A stretch of 64,000 nucleotides of DNA. Origin: the human T2T-CHM13v2.0 reference genome, Homo sapiens. This document shows positions 1 through 19,009 of the stretch, in pieces. The stretch lies in NCBI RefSeq assembly GCF_009914755.1, contig NC_060931.1. The stretch is one strand, 5' to 3'. Below the pieces are notes generated by a model. That model searched no databases, had not been told where the DNA came from, and was given only the letters and a program-made list of their open reading frames with translations. Both the position numbers and the translations under genes were made by a program. Within the stretch, counting starts at the first letter, position 1; each line of letters starts with the position of its first letter.

Positions 1-204
1 CAAGCATTTCTTCTGCCTCAGCCTCCCAAGTAGCTGGGATTACAGGTGCACACCACCACACCTGGCTAATTTTTGTATTTTTAGTAGAAATGGGGATTTC
101 ACCATGTTGGCCAGGCTGGTCTTGAACTCCTGACCTCAAGTGATCTGCGTGTCTCAGCCTCCCAAAGTGCTGGGATTACAGGCATGAGCCACAGCACCCA
201 GTCA
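1..204 (-). mobile_element. Alu (AluS-type), cut by window edge
   Basis: Antisense Alu body gcctcagcctcccaagtagctgggattacagg...caaagtgctgggattacaggcatgagccac. Confidence 0.95.
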
Positions 205-698
205 CCTCCATGTCTTTTAATTGATAGGTTGATAGCTCATTTCTTTTCATTGCTGAGTAATATTCCAATTTATAAGTGTATTCCCAACAGACTTTTTACT
301 TAAAAAAAAATGACCAAAGACTACATTGCCTTAGAGTTCAATTAAAATAGTATCAAGAGCTATGCGAAAGAGAAAAAAAAAGGTGAAGAATGGAAGATGG
401 ATATGGGAGGATGGACGGAGGCTATAGGCCCTCATGCAGATGTTGTGTTTTGGAGGAGGGAGGGATTCTGGGCTGGTTGTAAATATAAGAAACACAATAT
501 ATCCACTCTATCCCATCCTTGAAATACAGCTTAGCTGCCAGCAGCCTGATCCCCTAAGTGCAGAGCCTGAGCAGTCACCCTAATGCACCGTACCTGGGTT
601 CGGTACTAATGGCAGATCGAGAAAGAAATGCTAAAGTTATGTGTCTCTCAAACCACAGCACTACTAGCTGTATGCCTGATCCATAAGAGCATGCAATA

Positions 699-1020
<322 letters not shown>

Positions 1021-1350
1021 CATGCAGTAGATGCTTGAATGAATGGTTGAAGAAGCACAGGATAGGCCGCCAGACTTGGGGACTGAGGGAAGGTGGAGGG
1101 AGGAGGCAGAAAGTGAGGGTCATTAATGATCTTTTCATAAGGCCTTTGAGAGACTATTGCCAGGCCCCAGACCCCCTTTACAAACTGCTGAGCACTGCAG
1201 GGGGACTATTTGCGTCAGACTCAAGCCAAGACATCTCCAAGATCCCTGACAATAAAGCAAACACTAGGCTGGCGCTGGCTAATAGAGGAACCCAGAGGGA
1301 AAAACGCTTTTCTGTTTATGGACAATTCTCCTTCTACAGCCGGATCTTCA

Positions 1351-1364
1351 GCGCCACCTAGTGG
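1351..1364 (-). promoter_or_regulatory. CTCF core motif (reverse orientation)
   Basis: GCGCCACCTAGTGG = CCACTAGGTGGCGC on the - strand; exact match to CCASYAGRKGGCRS, in non-repeat sequence with the CpG retained. Confidence 0.7.
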
Positions 1365-3882
1365 TGTGCTCTTCAGGCTGGCTGCACTACCAAAGCAACC
1401 GACTAAGATTCAAATGCCTTGGTTTAAAGCTGCAAGGATTAAAACTTTCCTCTTAAGGTCTAAGATAAGAGACTATGTGGGCATAATGAGCAAATTGAGA
1501 GCTTTAGGATTCACATCAGAGAATTCTAAGTCACAAAACTTAATCTCAGCAATTACATACACAGTTAGTAGTAGGATTTTGTAGTTGCCCATACCGTTTT
1601 GCAGTTTTGGACATTGAGTAGTTTTGGACAATGAGGCCAAGATCAAAAGTTAAAGCCGTGCAAAGGAAATGCAGCACCAAGAAGGGAAAAAGAGAATCTG
1701 ATCCAGCCCCTGCCGCCAGGCAGGGGAAGTGTTATTTCCATTTCATATTTAAAGCAAGTAAAACCCTACGAAATGTCCAAGGTCAAATGTCCAATATATG
1801 AGGCAAGAACTTGAATTGTGTGGAGTGTGCCTTTTCTTTTGCTATGCTGCTTCAAAGTACCCCTTTTCTTTCAATATTTGCTTTGTTTTGCTACAATTGC
1901 ACTGATATTCTCCTACCAATGGATCAATAAGCTTCATTTCTATTCTAAACTCACAAACTACAGTGTTCCCCTAAAGGCTTGGGTCATTCTGTCTGTCTCA
2001 TGCAGGAACTAGAATTCCCTAGAATGTTCATAATGTGAATGGCAATTCATGTGTTATATATACATTAAATATCTTATGTATAATGTTAACTCATATTCCT
2101 TTTACTTGTTAACTGACCTTAAATTAGGTCAGTTTCTATATGTAATACTGTAAATATTAATTAGATTGCAGTTAATTTGTTGATAATTCATGGTGATTAT
2201 ATTAGTTATACAATTCACAATGAAATTTTAAAATCTGCCTTTTCTTTAAGAGAATGTGGTTTGGAATTAAATGGAGAACTTACATTTATTCAGCATCAGA
2301 TATTGACTAGGTGATTTTACATATACTAATTTAATCTTTATGATTAACACTATGAGGTAAGTCAAATAATTATCTTTATATAGATGAAGAAAGAAAGACA
2401 GAAATTGTAAATAACCACCCCTAGATAGACACTAAACAGAAGAGCTGGAAATTGAAAGTGGACTTTCTGTCTTGAAGTCAAGTAGTATTTCTACCAGACC
2501 TCTTGAATCCACTAGACTCGAAGTCCAGAAGTCTGAGTTTTATTTCCAACTTAAATACCACATACAATGCTGTGTACTATAATATCCTTTTGAAAATTCA
2601 CTATGCTCATTTGTATATCCACAGTCCTATTGAATTCTAATATAAACATACATGTTTAGCAACACTCATGGAATTATTGTTCTTTCTCGGGGTTTTTTTT
2701 TTTGAGTGTGTACGTATATCTATTAACTCTCCTCTGAAATAGTGCTCTATAAAGCACACAGTGATTAGTGCTGGTCTGGAAGATAATATGCTGGAGAGCC
2801 TGATTGGAGCGATCTGGACTAGAGAGATAGCTGTGAACTGAATGAGGATTCAGTCTTCCAAAATAGTCCTTGGGCACACTTGCCAAAAACAGCTCACAGC
2901 ATAATTTTGTTTTAAAATACTTGTTTGTAACCTTGCTTGTTTAAGAAAGAATTAATGTAGGAGAACAGGATTTCAGTGGCATAATGGTTATCACCAGGGC
3001 TCTCAATGAGAATGTAAAACGTATCTATGGCCTCCTCTCTCTTCCTTTCTTTGACATCTCTCTCCTCTTCTTGGATTGCTTCCCGCTCTGCTGGCTCATC
3101 TTAACCTGCCCCTCCCAGGGCTTACTGGGTTTCAACGTTACCTCTCACACCTCTTCCGAGTTCCTCAGTGCTTGTCAGTTTGATGTTAGGAAAACAATCT
3201 AACCAAATTGATATTCATTATATTATGAGTCCTTTGTGCTTCAGGAGTATTTGTGATGGGAATAATTAAGCCTCCTTTAACTGGAAAATTTCAAATAGCT
3301 TCAGGGAGGTTTGGGAGAAAGAGCGTCAATGACTGTCTGAGTCTGTAACCCCAAGCTTGTCTGTTCCATTTTCCTGTGTCACATAGCCTCTGCCAGTGGA
3401 TTCAGTGCTATTTATACTGGGACTCTCATCCCAGTCCTAAATCTAGCATAGGAGCAGACAGATAGATGCCAAAAAAATACAGCAACGATTCATGATAAAA
3501 ACTCCCAGAAAACTAGAAATGCAAGAAACTTCCTTAACCTGATGAAGAGCACCTATGAAAAATATATAGCTAAGATAACTCTTAACGGTGAGATTCAGAA
3601 TGCTTTTCTCCCCAAATCAGGAACTAGACAAGAATATCTACTCTCACCAATTCTATGCAATAGTCCCCTTAAATACTAATTGATAATATAAAGAAATAAA
3701 GAGATAAAAAATATTGAGATTGAAAAGCAAAAAGTAAAACTGCCCTTATTTGCATATGACATGATTGCATACATGGAAAATCCTAACAACTACAAAATGT
3801 ACTATACCAAGGAAGTGTATTTAGTAAAGTTACAGTATCCATTTTTTACATGAATGTAAAAAAAAAAAAAAAAGTATATCTA

Positions 3883-4468
<586 letters not shown>

Positions 4469-5043
4469 CTATATTCTAGTAATCAACAATTGGAAATGGA
4501 AATTTAAACAATACCATGTATAACAGTACTAAACAGTGGAAAACACTGAAATATATTTAACAAAATATGGTGCAAGACATGTACACTTAAACTTAAGAAA
4601 CATTACTAAGAAAAATGAAATAATACCCAAATAAATGGAGATAAATACCATATTTATAAATCGGAAGACTCAATTTTATAAAATGATTAAATCTTAAATT
4701 GGTCTATAAATTCAACATAATCTGGATCACAAGCACAGTTTTATTTTTTGTAGACAAAAAATAAATTGACAAGATGATTCTAAACTCTGTATAGAAATTC
4801 GAAGGACTTAGAATAGCCAAAATATTTTGAGAAAAGAGAACAAAATTGAGGACTTAAACTAGCCAATTTCAAGACTTACTAAAGAGCCTTATTAATCACG
4901 ATAGCATGGTATTGGCATAAAGATGGACATACAGATCAATAAAACAGAGTAAAGAATCCAGAAAAACTCCATACATACATGGTTCAATGATTTGCCAAGG
5001 TAAGTCAGTGGAAGAAAGGATGGCATTTTAAGAAATAATGTTG

Positions 5044-5383
<340 letters not shown>

Positions 5384-7269
5384 AATAACATTGGAACAAC
5401 TGAAGAGAGGCATATGGGAAAAAGAACCTCAACCCCTACCTCACACAGTTCACAAATATTAACTTAAAATAGGTAATAGACCTAACCAAAAAATAAAAAT
5501 AAAAATTATAAAACTTCTGCAAGAAAAAAAAAATCGGAGAAATCGGAATGATATTGCATTAAGCAAAAAACTCTTAAATGGGCCCTACAAATATGAACTA
5601 TAAAAGAAAAAAAATCAATAAATTGTACTTCACCAAATGTAAAGCTTTTGCTTTTCAAAAAGCACTGTTATAAAAATAAAGCACAACATAGACTGGAAGA
5701 AAATATTTGCAAAATATATCTGAAAGGGATTTGTATCTAAAATATATAAAGAACTTTAACAATTCAATAAGAAGAATTTTTTAAATGGGCAAAACATTTC
5801 AACAGATGCTTTGTCAATATCTTCCACAGATGATTAGATATATTAGGATGTCTTCAGTTTTAAAACTAACATACCAAGTGCTGGTGAGGATGTGGAGCCA
5901 TTGGAAGTCTCATATCCTGCTTCCAGGAATGTAAAGGAGTGCAACCAGTTTGGAAACTAGTTTGACAGTGTCTTAAGAAATTAAACACACTTACATAAAA
6001 CCCAGCCATCACTTTCCTATGTATTTACCCAAAAGAAATAAAAACATAAACATATATCACAAAAAGACTTGTATACAAATGTTGAATGCACCTTTGTTTA
6101 TAATGGCAAAAAGCCTGAAACAACCTAAATGTCTGTCAACAGGTGAATGAATGAAAAAAATTGCAGTAAACCCATGCAATGGGCTACTAGTCATCAATAA
6201 GAGCAAACTACTGAAGCACACAATGGATAAATCTTAAAAAAAAAAAAAACCGTGTTGAGAGAAAAGCCAGAAACAAAAGGTTCTATATTGTACAATTCCA
6301 TTTATGTAAAACTCTAAAAGATACAAATTAACATACAGTGGTAGAAAGAAGATTAGTGATTGGCTGGTGTTGGGGTGGACTGAGGGAATGTAGGAACTGA
6401 CTGGAAAAGAATAAGAGAACACTTGGGTGGCAATGGAAATGTCTGTATCTTCATTGTGGCCAGTATAGGAACATACGCATTTATCAAAAGTCATCAATCT
6501 GCACACTAAAAATGGGTGCATTTCGTTGTATGTAAATGTTATGCCAATAAGATTTATTTTAAAAATTGTAGTGGGAATGCAAGGAGAAGAAAGGGGGTAA
6601 TTTTGGTATATTTCTATGTTAGAGTGGGCAGATTTTGAGTAGGTTTATATGCTAAGAGGAAAAGACAGTGGAGATGGAGGGAGAAAATACCAGAGTGAGG
6701 AAAGGACTGATGAGGCAGATTTCTCGGGGACGGGAAGATGGGGGTGCCATCCCAAGCACGGGTGGATGGATGAGCTGTGGATGGGAGGAGTGAACATAAG
6801 CTCCCTGAGTCTGCAGCAGAGGAAAGTGGTTGTACTATTAAGTTTGAACAAAGACAAATGTAATTTTGTATGTGGGAGGGCAGAAAGCAAAGGAAGTTCA
6901 TGGCTCATTCAATCATTCAACCTTTATTTATTTTATGCCAGGCACTTTATAAATAAAGATATGGATATTCTGTAAGAAAGAATAATACTGTTTCTGCTCT
7001 CATATAATTTAGAATACAGTAGATGGGGGGCATTAAACAATTAAAGAACTAAATACATAATTACAGATTATTATGAATGCCATACAGGTTAAGGAATCTA
7101 TTAAAGAGGGCAACAGAAGGAACCTAATTTAAACAGATGGCTCAGGGAAGGTCTCTTGAGTGAAGCCACCTTTCAGCTGAGAGGAGGAAGGTGAGAAGGA
7201 GTTAGGTGATAAGTGAATGGAATGGCTTCAGTGAAGACCTTAAGGTTGGACAGATTTGGGTACATTTTG

Positions 7270-8447
<1,178 letters not shown>

Positions 8448-8479
8448 CTAAGGACAAGGGACTTTTACTACCATACCAA

Positions 8480-9300
8480 TCCCAAAGACATCACACTGGC
8501 TAGTCCACTGCATTAATGCATCAGAGTAGGGGAAGGGCGCTGTGCACTGCACCTTCTACCAAAAGAAGGCACATGTTTTCGAGGCAGCAAGTATAAGATT
8601 TGTGTGTGCTCCAGTACCCACTTGAGAGGTGAATGAAAAGCTACCAGGTTTCAGTGAGCTCAGAGCATGAGAAGATTCCTCTGCTGATCAGATATGATCT
8701 GATTTTGTCCTTTAGATCTAATCATGCTTCCAGTGTCTACAGACAGCTCAGCTTACAGTAAGACCCCATGAAGGATTCACAGACTTGGTTTTGGTCATGC
8801 TTTGCCAGAACCACTGTCTGGGGACTTACGGTAGGTCTTATAAATGATTGTAGTTTCTTGGACAACATTGCTTCTAACCAAGGACCCCAAGTTAAATAAT
8901 GGGTTATAGCAGACGAGAATCACTGGTCTTATCATGTGATACCCAACAACCCAGAAGCAGCTGTCCTTATAGAATAGTGGAATAACCTATTATACTTCAC
9001 TCATGCCCTCAGTTAAATAAATGCTTTCAATATAAAGTGCTGCCTGTAAGATTAAGAATATTCTTTGAACCAGCTCAATATATGATGCAGTTCTTCCATT
9101 AACCAGAGTACATAAGTCAGGGAACTAAGTAGTAGAATTGAAGATGGACCATCTCACAAATACTCAATGACCTCTGTTCACAACTTTTTGTTCCATGTCC
9201 CCATTGTATAGAACACTTAATACTCAATAAAGGAACTCTAGCACCAAGAGATTAATAGTCATGCTGAATTTGAAGCTTAGACTAGCAGCTGGTCAAGACA
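8480..9300 (+). mobile_element. ERVL-class internal (pol/integrase) remnant
   Basis: cactggtcttatcatgtg...ccagaagcagctgtccttatagaatagtggaat decodes (with a frameshift and a stop) as HWSYHV..PEAAxLIE*WN, the HERV-L-type integrase motif; gacatcacactgg RT-like stretch. Confidence 0.65.
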
Positions 9301-9329
9301 GGCACACAACAGGGTTTTTAGTCAGTGTG

Positions 9330-9861
9330 TCCAACACATGCATTCATTCGTGACTAACAGCTCCACTTATCTCTTTTCTAGCTGTCGCTGTGGTGACAAG
9401 CTTTGCATGTGCTCTGGCTGACTTTAGAGAGGCATTGTCAGATGGAACCCAAGCCTCCTGCCTCCTTCTCCCTGGGCTCCCTTGTTGGCACAGCTGTGAA
9501 GCCCTGCTCAGCACCCACACCTGTGCTTCCTGGAAGTGTAGGTTGTTAACACACTGTGGGGCAAACTTTTGACCAGTGGGAGGCAAGAACTGGTGGATAA
9601 ATCCTTCCACTTACCTCTCCTCTATGGGATGGTTCTTGAGAGTCAGTTTATATGGATTTTTTGGAAGACTGCCCCTTTGAATGAAGCAACTGGTCACACT
9701 TAACAGTGGTCAGCTCAATACCACATCCTCATTTGGGCTGTCCTGCCTTTGCACTCCCCTTGCTTCTCATCATCCTCCTTGGAATTGCATGTCTTAATAA
9801 AGTAACAACATATGAGCCCCAACCCACAAACTCTACTTACTGAGGAACCCAGGCTGAGACA
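9330..9861 (+). mobile_element. LTR16-like ERVL LTR
   Basis: gggcaaacttttgaccagtgggag..ggtggataaatcc, aataaa at ~9796, ends gaggaacccaggctgagaca. Confidence 0.6.
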
Positions 9862-10039
9862 GCTAGCAATGTGCAAGGGGCATGGGTGAGCATGCACACA
9901 TATGCACACACACATACACACCCTGTATCATACAAACACTACTGAAATGTAAAGGAAGGTTTGTTGAGAAAAACAATAGTGGCAGCAAAGGGAGGAGGAG
10001 GAAGAGAGTGCATATGACATGATCCCTTAAATTCTTATT

Positions 10040-10580
10040 ATTTCATATTGAGGTGTTCTTGGATTGGGCACAGCTGGTCATACTGTGGAACGTCCTCCAG
10101 GAATGGAATCCTGTCCCTTCTGCTTTTGATATTTCTAGGGAAGTTGGGAGACAGACAGAAACACCGGGTCTACTATGTGATGCTGGGAGCATCCACACCA
10201 AGGAAATGACTAGGATCTGGAACTTAGCTAGGGGAGTCTGCACAGCAAGCCAGAGATTTTGCATTCTTTGTTGAGCTAGCTCAGTCCTACCAACTGAGCT
10301 TATAGTTAAGCCTGCTAAAGTTGGGAGGGAAGCAAGTCACCAGAGGCCCTAAGCAAAAGATTTTTTCTCATCAGGGACAATTCACCACAATTTTCAAGGG
10401 GAAATAAAGTTGCTGCTGTGCAATGAGGGCAGGAAGATGAATGCATGAAACCCAGAAGAACACACTGGACACCTCTTTATATTGCCATATCCAGTGGGAG
10501 TGTTAATGAAAGACGACTACATTTCCAACCAGGCAGGACCCAGAACTCAATCCTCCAGGAATGAAGATCAGATCGCCCTT
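10040..10580 (+). mobile_element. ERVL-class internal fragments
   Basis: ccatatccagtggg..ttaatg..ccaggcaggacc..ccaggaatgaagat resembles HERVL/HERV16 3' internal sequence. Confidence 0.4.
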
Positions 10581-10621
10581 ACCCTCTGCAAAAACAAACC
10601 AAAACAAAAAGCCTAGCTTGA

Positions 10622-10797
10622 GACCAGGTGCAGTGGCTCACACCTGTAATCCCAGCACTTTGGGAGGCCAAGACGGGGGAATCACTTGAGGGAGGCCGAG
10701 GAGGCAGATCACTTGAGGCCAGGAGTTCGAGACTGGTCTGGCCAACATGGTGAAACCCTGTCTCTACTAAACAAACAAACAAGCAAACAAACCAAAA
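10622..10797 (+). mobile_element. Alu left monomer with internal ~28-bp duplication
   Basis: gggaggccaagacgggggaatcacttga followed by gggaggccgaggaggcagatcacttga; ends in (caaa)n. Confidence 0.85.
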
Positions 10798-11021
10798 AGC
10801 CTAGCCAGCTGAGGGCTGGCCTGAGGTAAGGAGGTATGAAATGAATTACAGAGGGGCAAGTCAGAATCACAGCCACAGCCCAGCAGCAAGTGGCAGAACC
10901 AAGAACGGCAACCTCCACTCGTGTTTCCCTTTTGTAAGGTCACATGCATTTATATGTTTCCATTTAATTTCCTTTGCTTCCCTGTAAAATTTGCCTTTAA
11001 TGTTCTGCAGTTTCAGTCTGA

Positions 11022-11335
<314 letters not shown>

Positions 11336-11339
11336 TGCT

Positions 11340-12480
11340 GTTATATTTTGAATACTGCCTCTTCCCATCTCTCTACTCTCTCATTCTGGAGCTCCTATTA
11401 GACATCTATTGGATTTCATTCTGTCTTCCAGAACCTTAACTCTTATTTATATTTTGCCTCTCTTTTTTCTCTTCTTGCTGTATTTGGTTAATATCCTCAC
11501 ATCTGTCTTCTAGTTCAATAATTTTCTCATCAGCTGTATTTAATCTCCTCTTTAACTTATCACTGAATTTTTAATTTTAGTAACTATGCATTTTAAAAAT
11601 TTCTGGGTGTTATACTGAGTTCTTTTAAAAATTTGCTATTTTGTTTTTCTTTGTGCCTTGTATTCTTCTTAAGATTAAAATTTTTTTCTTTAGTAATGAT
11701 TTTGATCATTTTGAACTATTTTATTTTAAACTATAATTCAATTATTTTAAGTTTGTGGGGCTCTAATTCTCCTATGGGTTTTTTTTCCCTCACTTACTCA
11801 AAGTAAATCATTTTTTCATGTATTTTGTGATTTTTTAAAATTGTGACATCTTTAGAAAGGTTTTTTAAAAAATAGGAAAATCCTTTTTGGCCTGGTATGG
11901 GAGCATTCCCCCAGAGGCCTTTGTGTTTGCTTCTGTCAGACACTCAAAGCTATTATCACTATGAGACTAATTTTTATATTAACTTTCCCAGTTTTGAGAC
12001 TTCTGTACCACTGAGATAACGTGTATTCAAATCAGAAAACCCACCCTAGGCACAGATTTGGTGTTATCACTTATTTGGGGACTCTTTTTCCACCTAGAGC
12101 TCAGGCTGGGACACACCACTTCCTTGTCATCTTCCTATATTGGTGAGTAGATTTTTAAAAATTTTTTTCCCTAGTGATTGTAGTCAGAGGTTTTACTTCC
12201 AGCTCCCTGACTTTGGAGGACCCAAGTTCTCATGTCTTGTGCTGAGACATAGCTTCTAGATTGTTGAGCCGGAACCCTCAAGCCAGGCAATGACATCATC
12301 GGCTCATATATTTCTATTTTAGCTTTCAGGTCCCGCTTATTTTCTGGCCCCATGGGATGAAGCTTCCTTTACGGCAAGTTCAGTTATGCACTATGAATCC
12401 TCTTGTTATGTTTTAACCCGAATTTCTAGGTATTGGAATAGGTAGACTTTTCAGGTCTACTACCTTGCCAGAACCAAAAT
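11340..12480 (-). mobile_element. Old L1M fragment (ORF1-region-like)
   Basis: T-rich antisense L1 motifs (ctctcattctggagctcctattagacatc, tctgtcttctagttcaataattttctcatcagct). Confidence 0.5.
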
Positions 12481-12643
12481 TCCAAAAAAGTCTTATAATG
12501 ATGGTGTGTACCTGTTGTTCTCCAATGCCCTATACTTAGAGCAATTCGTAGTTTAAAAAATAAGAAAATTCAGAGTTTTTATTATATGGTAACTTATTAG
12601 GATGACACTACCATAATTACTATTTTGTTTGAAATTTGGTTTC

Positions 12644-12676
<33 letters not shown>

Positions 12677-13614
12677 AAAAAAAAAACTGCTGGTCTCTAT
12701 GCTCCTGGAAATGAAAAAATGAATTACCAAAGTAAAAAACTTAACATTCATTCCAGGTAGAATTTCCCTTTTCTTCTTCCAGGGTACTTAGAATTTGGGT
12801 TACTCCTGAAAACCAAAATTTGCAAAACAATGTTGGAGACCTGGCTCAATACAATCAATGTGGGCCCTACCTTTGTTCCTACTCACTGCCATATTAAACA
12901 GGCAGCTGGGAAGTGCCGACCAGGGCCTAGCTGGAGTCAGGAGGAATAAGTGGCAAAGGATGACAAGAAGACACATTAACAAGAGAAGTCACATTCAGGA
13001 AAATGCAGGGCCCATATAGATCATGGGTGACAATGGGCAGCATAGAGGGTTCTTATAAAACCTCATGCAATAATGTGAAAACATATTCTCTCTCCTAGGA
13101 ACCTGTTGGTTTCTTGAAAGGCCTCATTTACATGTTTCCAATCTGGTAGCAATAGATTCAGTGGATATTAAAGGTCATAATAAGGAAAGGATTTTAAGCA
13201 TAAATACCACAAGAACACCATTTCATATTTTTTTCCTTAGGGGAAACAAAGTAGTCTAAAGAAGTATCTACATGCAAAAAATGAGCAAATAAACCAAGAT
13301 AAGTCTTAAAAGAATTTGTACATAATTTTCCATGATCAAAGTACTCACCCTGGGAAGCATCTGTTCCCACAAGCAGGTTTCATTGGCGATGCTACATAGT
13401 AAGGTTACTAATGGTCATAAGGACACTATATCTTTTTTTGAACTTTTAACTCTATTTTAGTGTTAATGAATCTACAGAAAAAGAGCATAGCACTGGTCCA
13501 AGGTCCAGGGAAATGACTGGAGGATGATTTTAGGAAAAACCAAAGGTTAAGCATCCCATTGATGTCAACTTGCTTTCTTCTGTCATCGATTTTCACCCTT
13601 AAAACCTTGCCATA

Positions 13615-13950
<336 letters not shown>

Positions 13951-14319
13951 TTAAATCACTGTCCTCGTTGTGTTTCCTATCCACCAATATAGCCTATGGC
14001 TTGCAGTTTATCAAGTTGGGGCTCATGGCTCCAGGGAACAGAAAACCCTGACTCCCCCCTAAACAATAAGGGAATTTATTATTTCACATAATAGGATGTC
14101 CCAGAGTTTGGGCAAACTCCAGACATAGTACAACCATTTGGTTCCGTGATGTCATTGAGGACCTGGGCTCTTTATCTTTTTCCTCTGACATTCTCTGTGA
14201 GTTGGCTTTGCCCTAGGGCTGGCTCCCTTCATGGATGAAGAATGACTATAGCAGTTTCAGGCATTACATACACATATATGATCCTATAGGAGAAAAGTGC
14301 GACCATCTCTTTCTCTTTT

Positions 14320-14985
<666 letters not shown>

Positions 14986-15945
14986 CTTTCTTGAATTCTC
15001 CCTTTTAAGAAGGAAACCTTTCCTAGAGATCTCTCAGCAGACTTCCTTTTAAGACTGTTCTAAATCGAGTGACATGATCTATTCCTAATCTAATCATTGG
15101 AGATGGAAGAGGAATGACTGTGATTACCTAAAGTGACTGTAAACTAACCCTTGGCAAAGGGGATGGGGTTATCTAGTCACCTGCTTTGTAGTTACAGGCA
15201 AACAGGGGCTGGGAAGGTGAAGAGTGGATGTCTGAACAAAATTTAATTCCTGTTAGGAAAGAAGAAAGGGGCAATGGATGTTAGGTAAGGAGATAAAATG
15301 TACAATACACTTTAATGATACAACATAACAGTTACGAAAGAAGCTAAGAATGGTGAAGGGGGCTCCACTTACCTTTGGTTTATTTATTCCACCAGTCTTC
15401 CTTCCTTCCTTTTTGTTTTACACCTGTAAGCTTCAGACTCTAGAGTGGTGGGTTCACCAACCACTCCAAATCCTACCCCTGCAATGGATTTTATTATACC
15501 ACCAGGTTGAGTGAAGCTGACCAACTTCAGGGGCTTCAGGGAGGTGGTAAAGGCAGGGAGGGGATAACTGAGAGGTGAGAGTCACACAGTGCCCACTTTC
15601 TAGGTAATCAATTGACAGCAATTCAGCATGCCATCATTGCTGTTCTAGCTGTATGTAGTTGATGTACACAACTGAGAGGGAGGTTGCAAGTATGAGAATT
15701 TTTTATACACATATAAAAAATTATATATCTCTATATATCTTGTCAATGAGCAAAAAATTGAAATGTGAGACTACCTTAAACCTTGATTCTTTCTCTCGTC
15801 TTATGTTCTTGAACACTCTTCCACAGTAGGGGGCAATCTGACTGGAGAGTGAAATACTCTTTCTTGTTGAATGACCATGGCACTCCTGTCTTAGTTTCTT
15901 CTCACCCTATTTCTAGGCCAAGGTCATTTCCCTGTAACATCCTTA

Positions 15946-16272
<327 letters not shown>

Positions 16273-16939
16273 AGATTCTGAGCCAAGAGAATGTTACCTC
16301 AGGATTGGTTCTGGACTAATGAGAAGCTACTGGGATGGTCAGCCACCATATTTGGAAAATGCTAGAGATCTTGAGTTGTAAGACTCTTCCATTCCTGGGA
16401 GCTACTAGATGTCAGTCAGTACATTCGTCCTCAAGGGAACATAAATTCATTTTGTAAGCAACTGGGGCCCATACTTTCAATGTGTCACTTATTTCAATAT
16501 GCATAAAGTATAGTATTATATGTGGCAATGTGTTAGTTGTGAAAAGAGACACAAGTCCCTATCCTTGACAGTGCAAAATGTTCTTCTCTGACGATCCCAG
16601 GCAAGAGCTGAAGACCCAGGCAAATTCCAAATAGCTCCTTGGGAACCTCGCTCAGCTGTTAGTGATAGTGAACAAAGAACATGGAAAAGGAAGTACATAA
16701 GCCAAGCCCTTCTCTCTGGCTGTGTGCATTTGGATCTGTCTTTGGTCCTCTCTGTGGCATGAATGTGCCATTGAGCCTCAGGGACTGTGCCCGAGGCACT
16801 GTTCCAGGCCTCTAAGGGCCAGAGTGTCAGACCTGAGTCTTCTCTGGCATCGTAGATCCTTAACACGGATCAGCAAAGGAAGCTCTCCAGGACTCTCTTT
16901 GACTATGAGAGGGAACTTGTGTTAATCCTTGACTAAGAG

Positions 16940-17246
<307 letters not shown>

Positions 17247-18036
17247 TAACAGAAGTTCTTGGGGCTGCCTAAGTCAGAGTGTCAGGTTTCTGTTGGGCTG
17301 CAGGAACCCATTCAGGGCTGGCTAGAGCTTGTGCCTGATTATTCTGGAATCTGAATGCATCCTAGTAAAATGGTATTTGGAAGAGAGTAGAATTGGTATA
17401 GGTCTCCAAAACTCCAACCTACACATCTGCCTGCAGGTGTGTATTCAGATTCCCTTAATCTCCTATATTTCCATCCTTCTTCATCCTTCATCAAAGCTGA
17501 CCTTTTCTTATTTGGGGAACCACTTTCATGCTGAAGCCCTAAAGCATACGCTGAGTCTGACCCTTGGAACATCAAAATCAAGTCTCAGATTTTTCTAGCC
17601 TGCAGGTGAGCAGTTCAGAAGCTTATTTCCAAACACAAACGCTTTAGATAGTTGGAAAAGAGGAACTGAAAATAATGGTCTTCCATACCCTATGACAACA
17701 TTTTAGAGCTAGAAGGGTTTTTTTTTAATAGTAATGTTCTCAGTCCCCTAGTTTACAGATGGAGACTCAGGAGAGAGGGCTAGAAATTTCTTGCTACTAA
17801 ACAGTGTGGCCCAATGGATTGGTGCACCCTGGCATAAGGAATATGTTTACTGCACCATAGCCTCATTGAAGGTCCCCGCCCCGGCCTTTTTTTTTTGAAG
17901 CATTCACCTAGGGAGACATAGGTAGGATGCATGTCTACACGTAGGAAATGTGCAGACTAGATAGCAAGCTCCATGGGGCAGGAACCATGAAGGGCCTTGT
18001 ACCTGAGCATACCCCCAGTGCCTGATGCAGGGCCTA

Positions 18037-18360
<324 letters not shown>

Positions 18361-19009
18361 GTTGGCAGACTGAATGCTGGAAAGAAGAAGGACCTGGCTT
18401 TGTCCCCACACCAATCTGGTGGGCGAGTACAGAATGTAAACTGTCTGGAGGTTGGCATTGGCCTAGCTTCTCCGTTGCTCTCTTGTTCTCTAGAATCCAA
18501 TCAAGCACCTGTGGCCAGAGAGCTGTGTGAAATGGAAACCAGTCCCACCAGCCCCTGATTGCACCCCCGCAATGTCTTCTCGCCCTGTTTAATGTCATGT
18601 CCAAACTCCTGGCCGCCGTGGCCTGTCTCCACCTCTCCAGCTTCCTCGCTTGGCCTGTCTCCTTAGCTCTCTCTGTCTCACCCACACTGGCCTGCAACTC
18701 GCCAGAGTGCCCCAGGCTTTTCAGCTTTTGCACGGGCCCTTCCCTCTCCAGGCTCTCTCCCCTGGATCTTTGCTTCAGCTGCTCCTTCTTGACATCCAGG
18801 TCTCAGACCAATGGCCCCTTACTCAGAAGGCCTAGCGCAGGCCGCCTAATTTCACACAGTTCTCCCCCTTCCCGCACTGCCTTCCATCACCTCGTTTCAT
18901 TTTCTTCGTGGCACGGAGCACCATCTCCAATGGCCTTGTTCATTTAGTTAATTTATTTTCCGACTTAGTTCCAGGTGCTAAAACAGTGTTACCTTGGCAG
19001 GCTTCCCAT

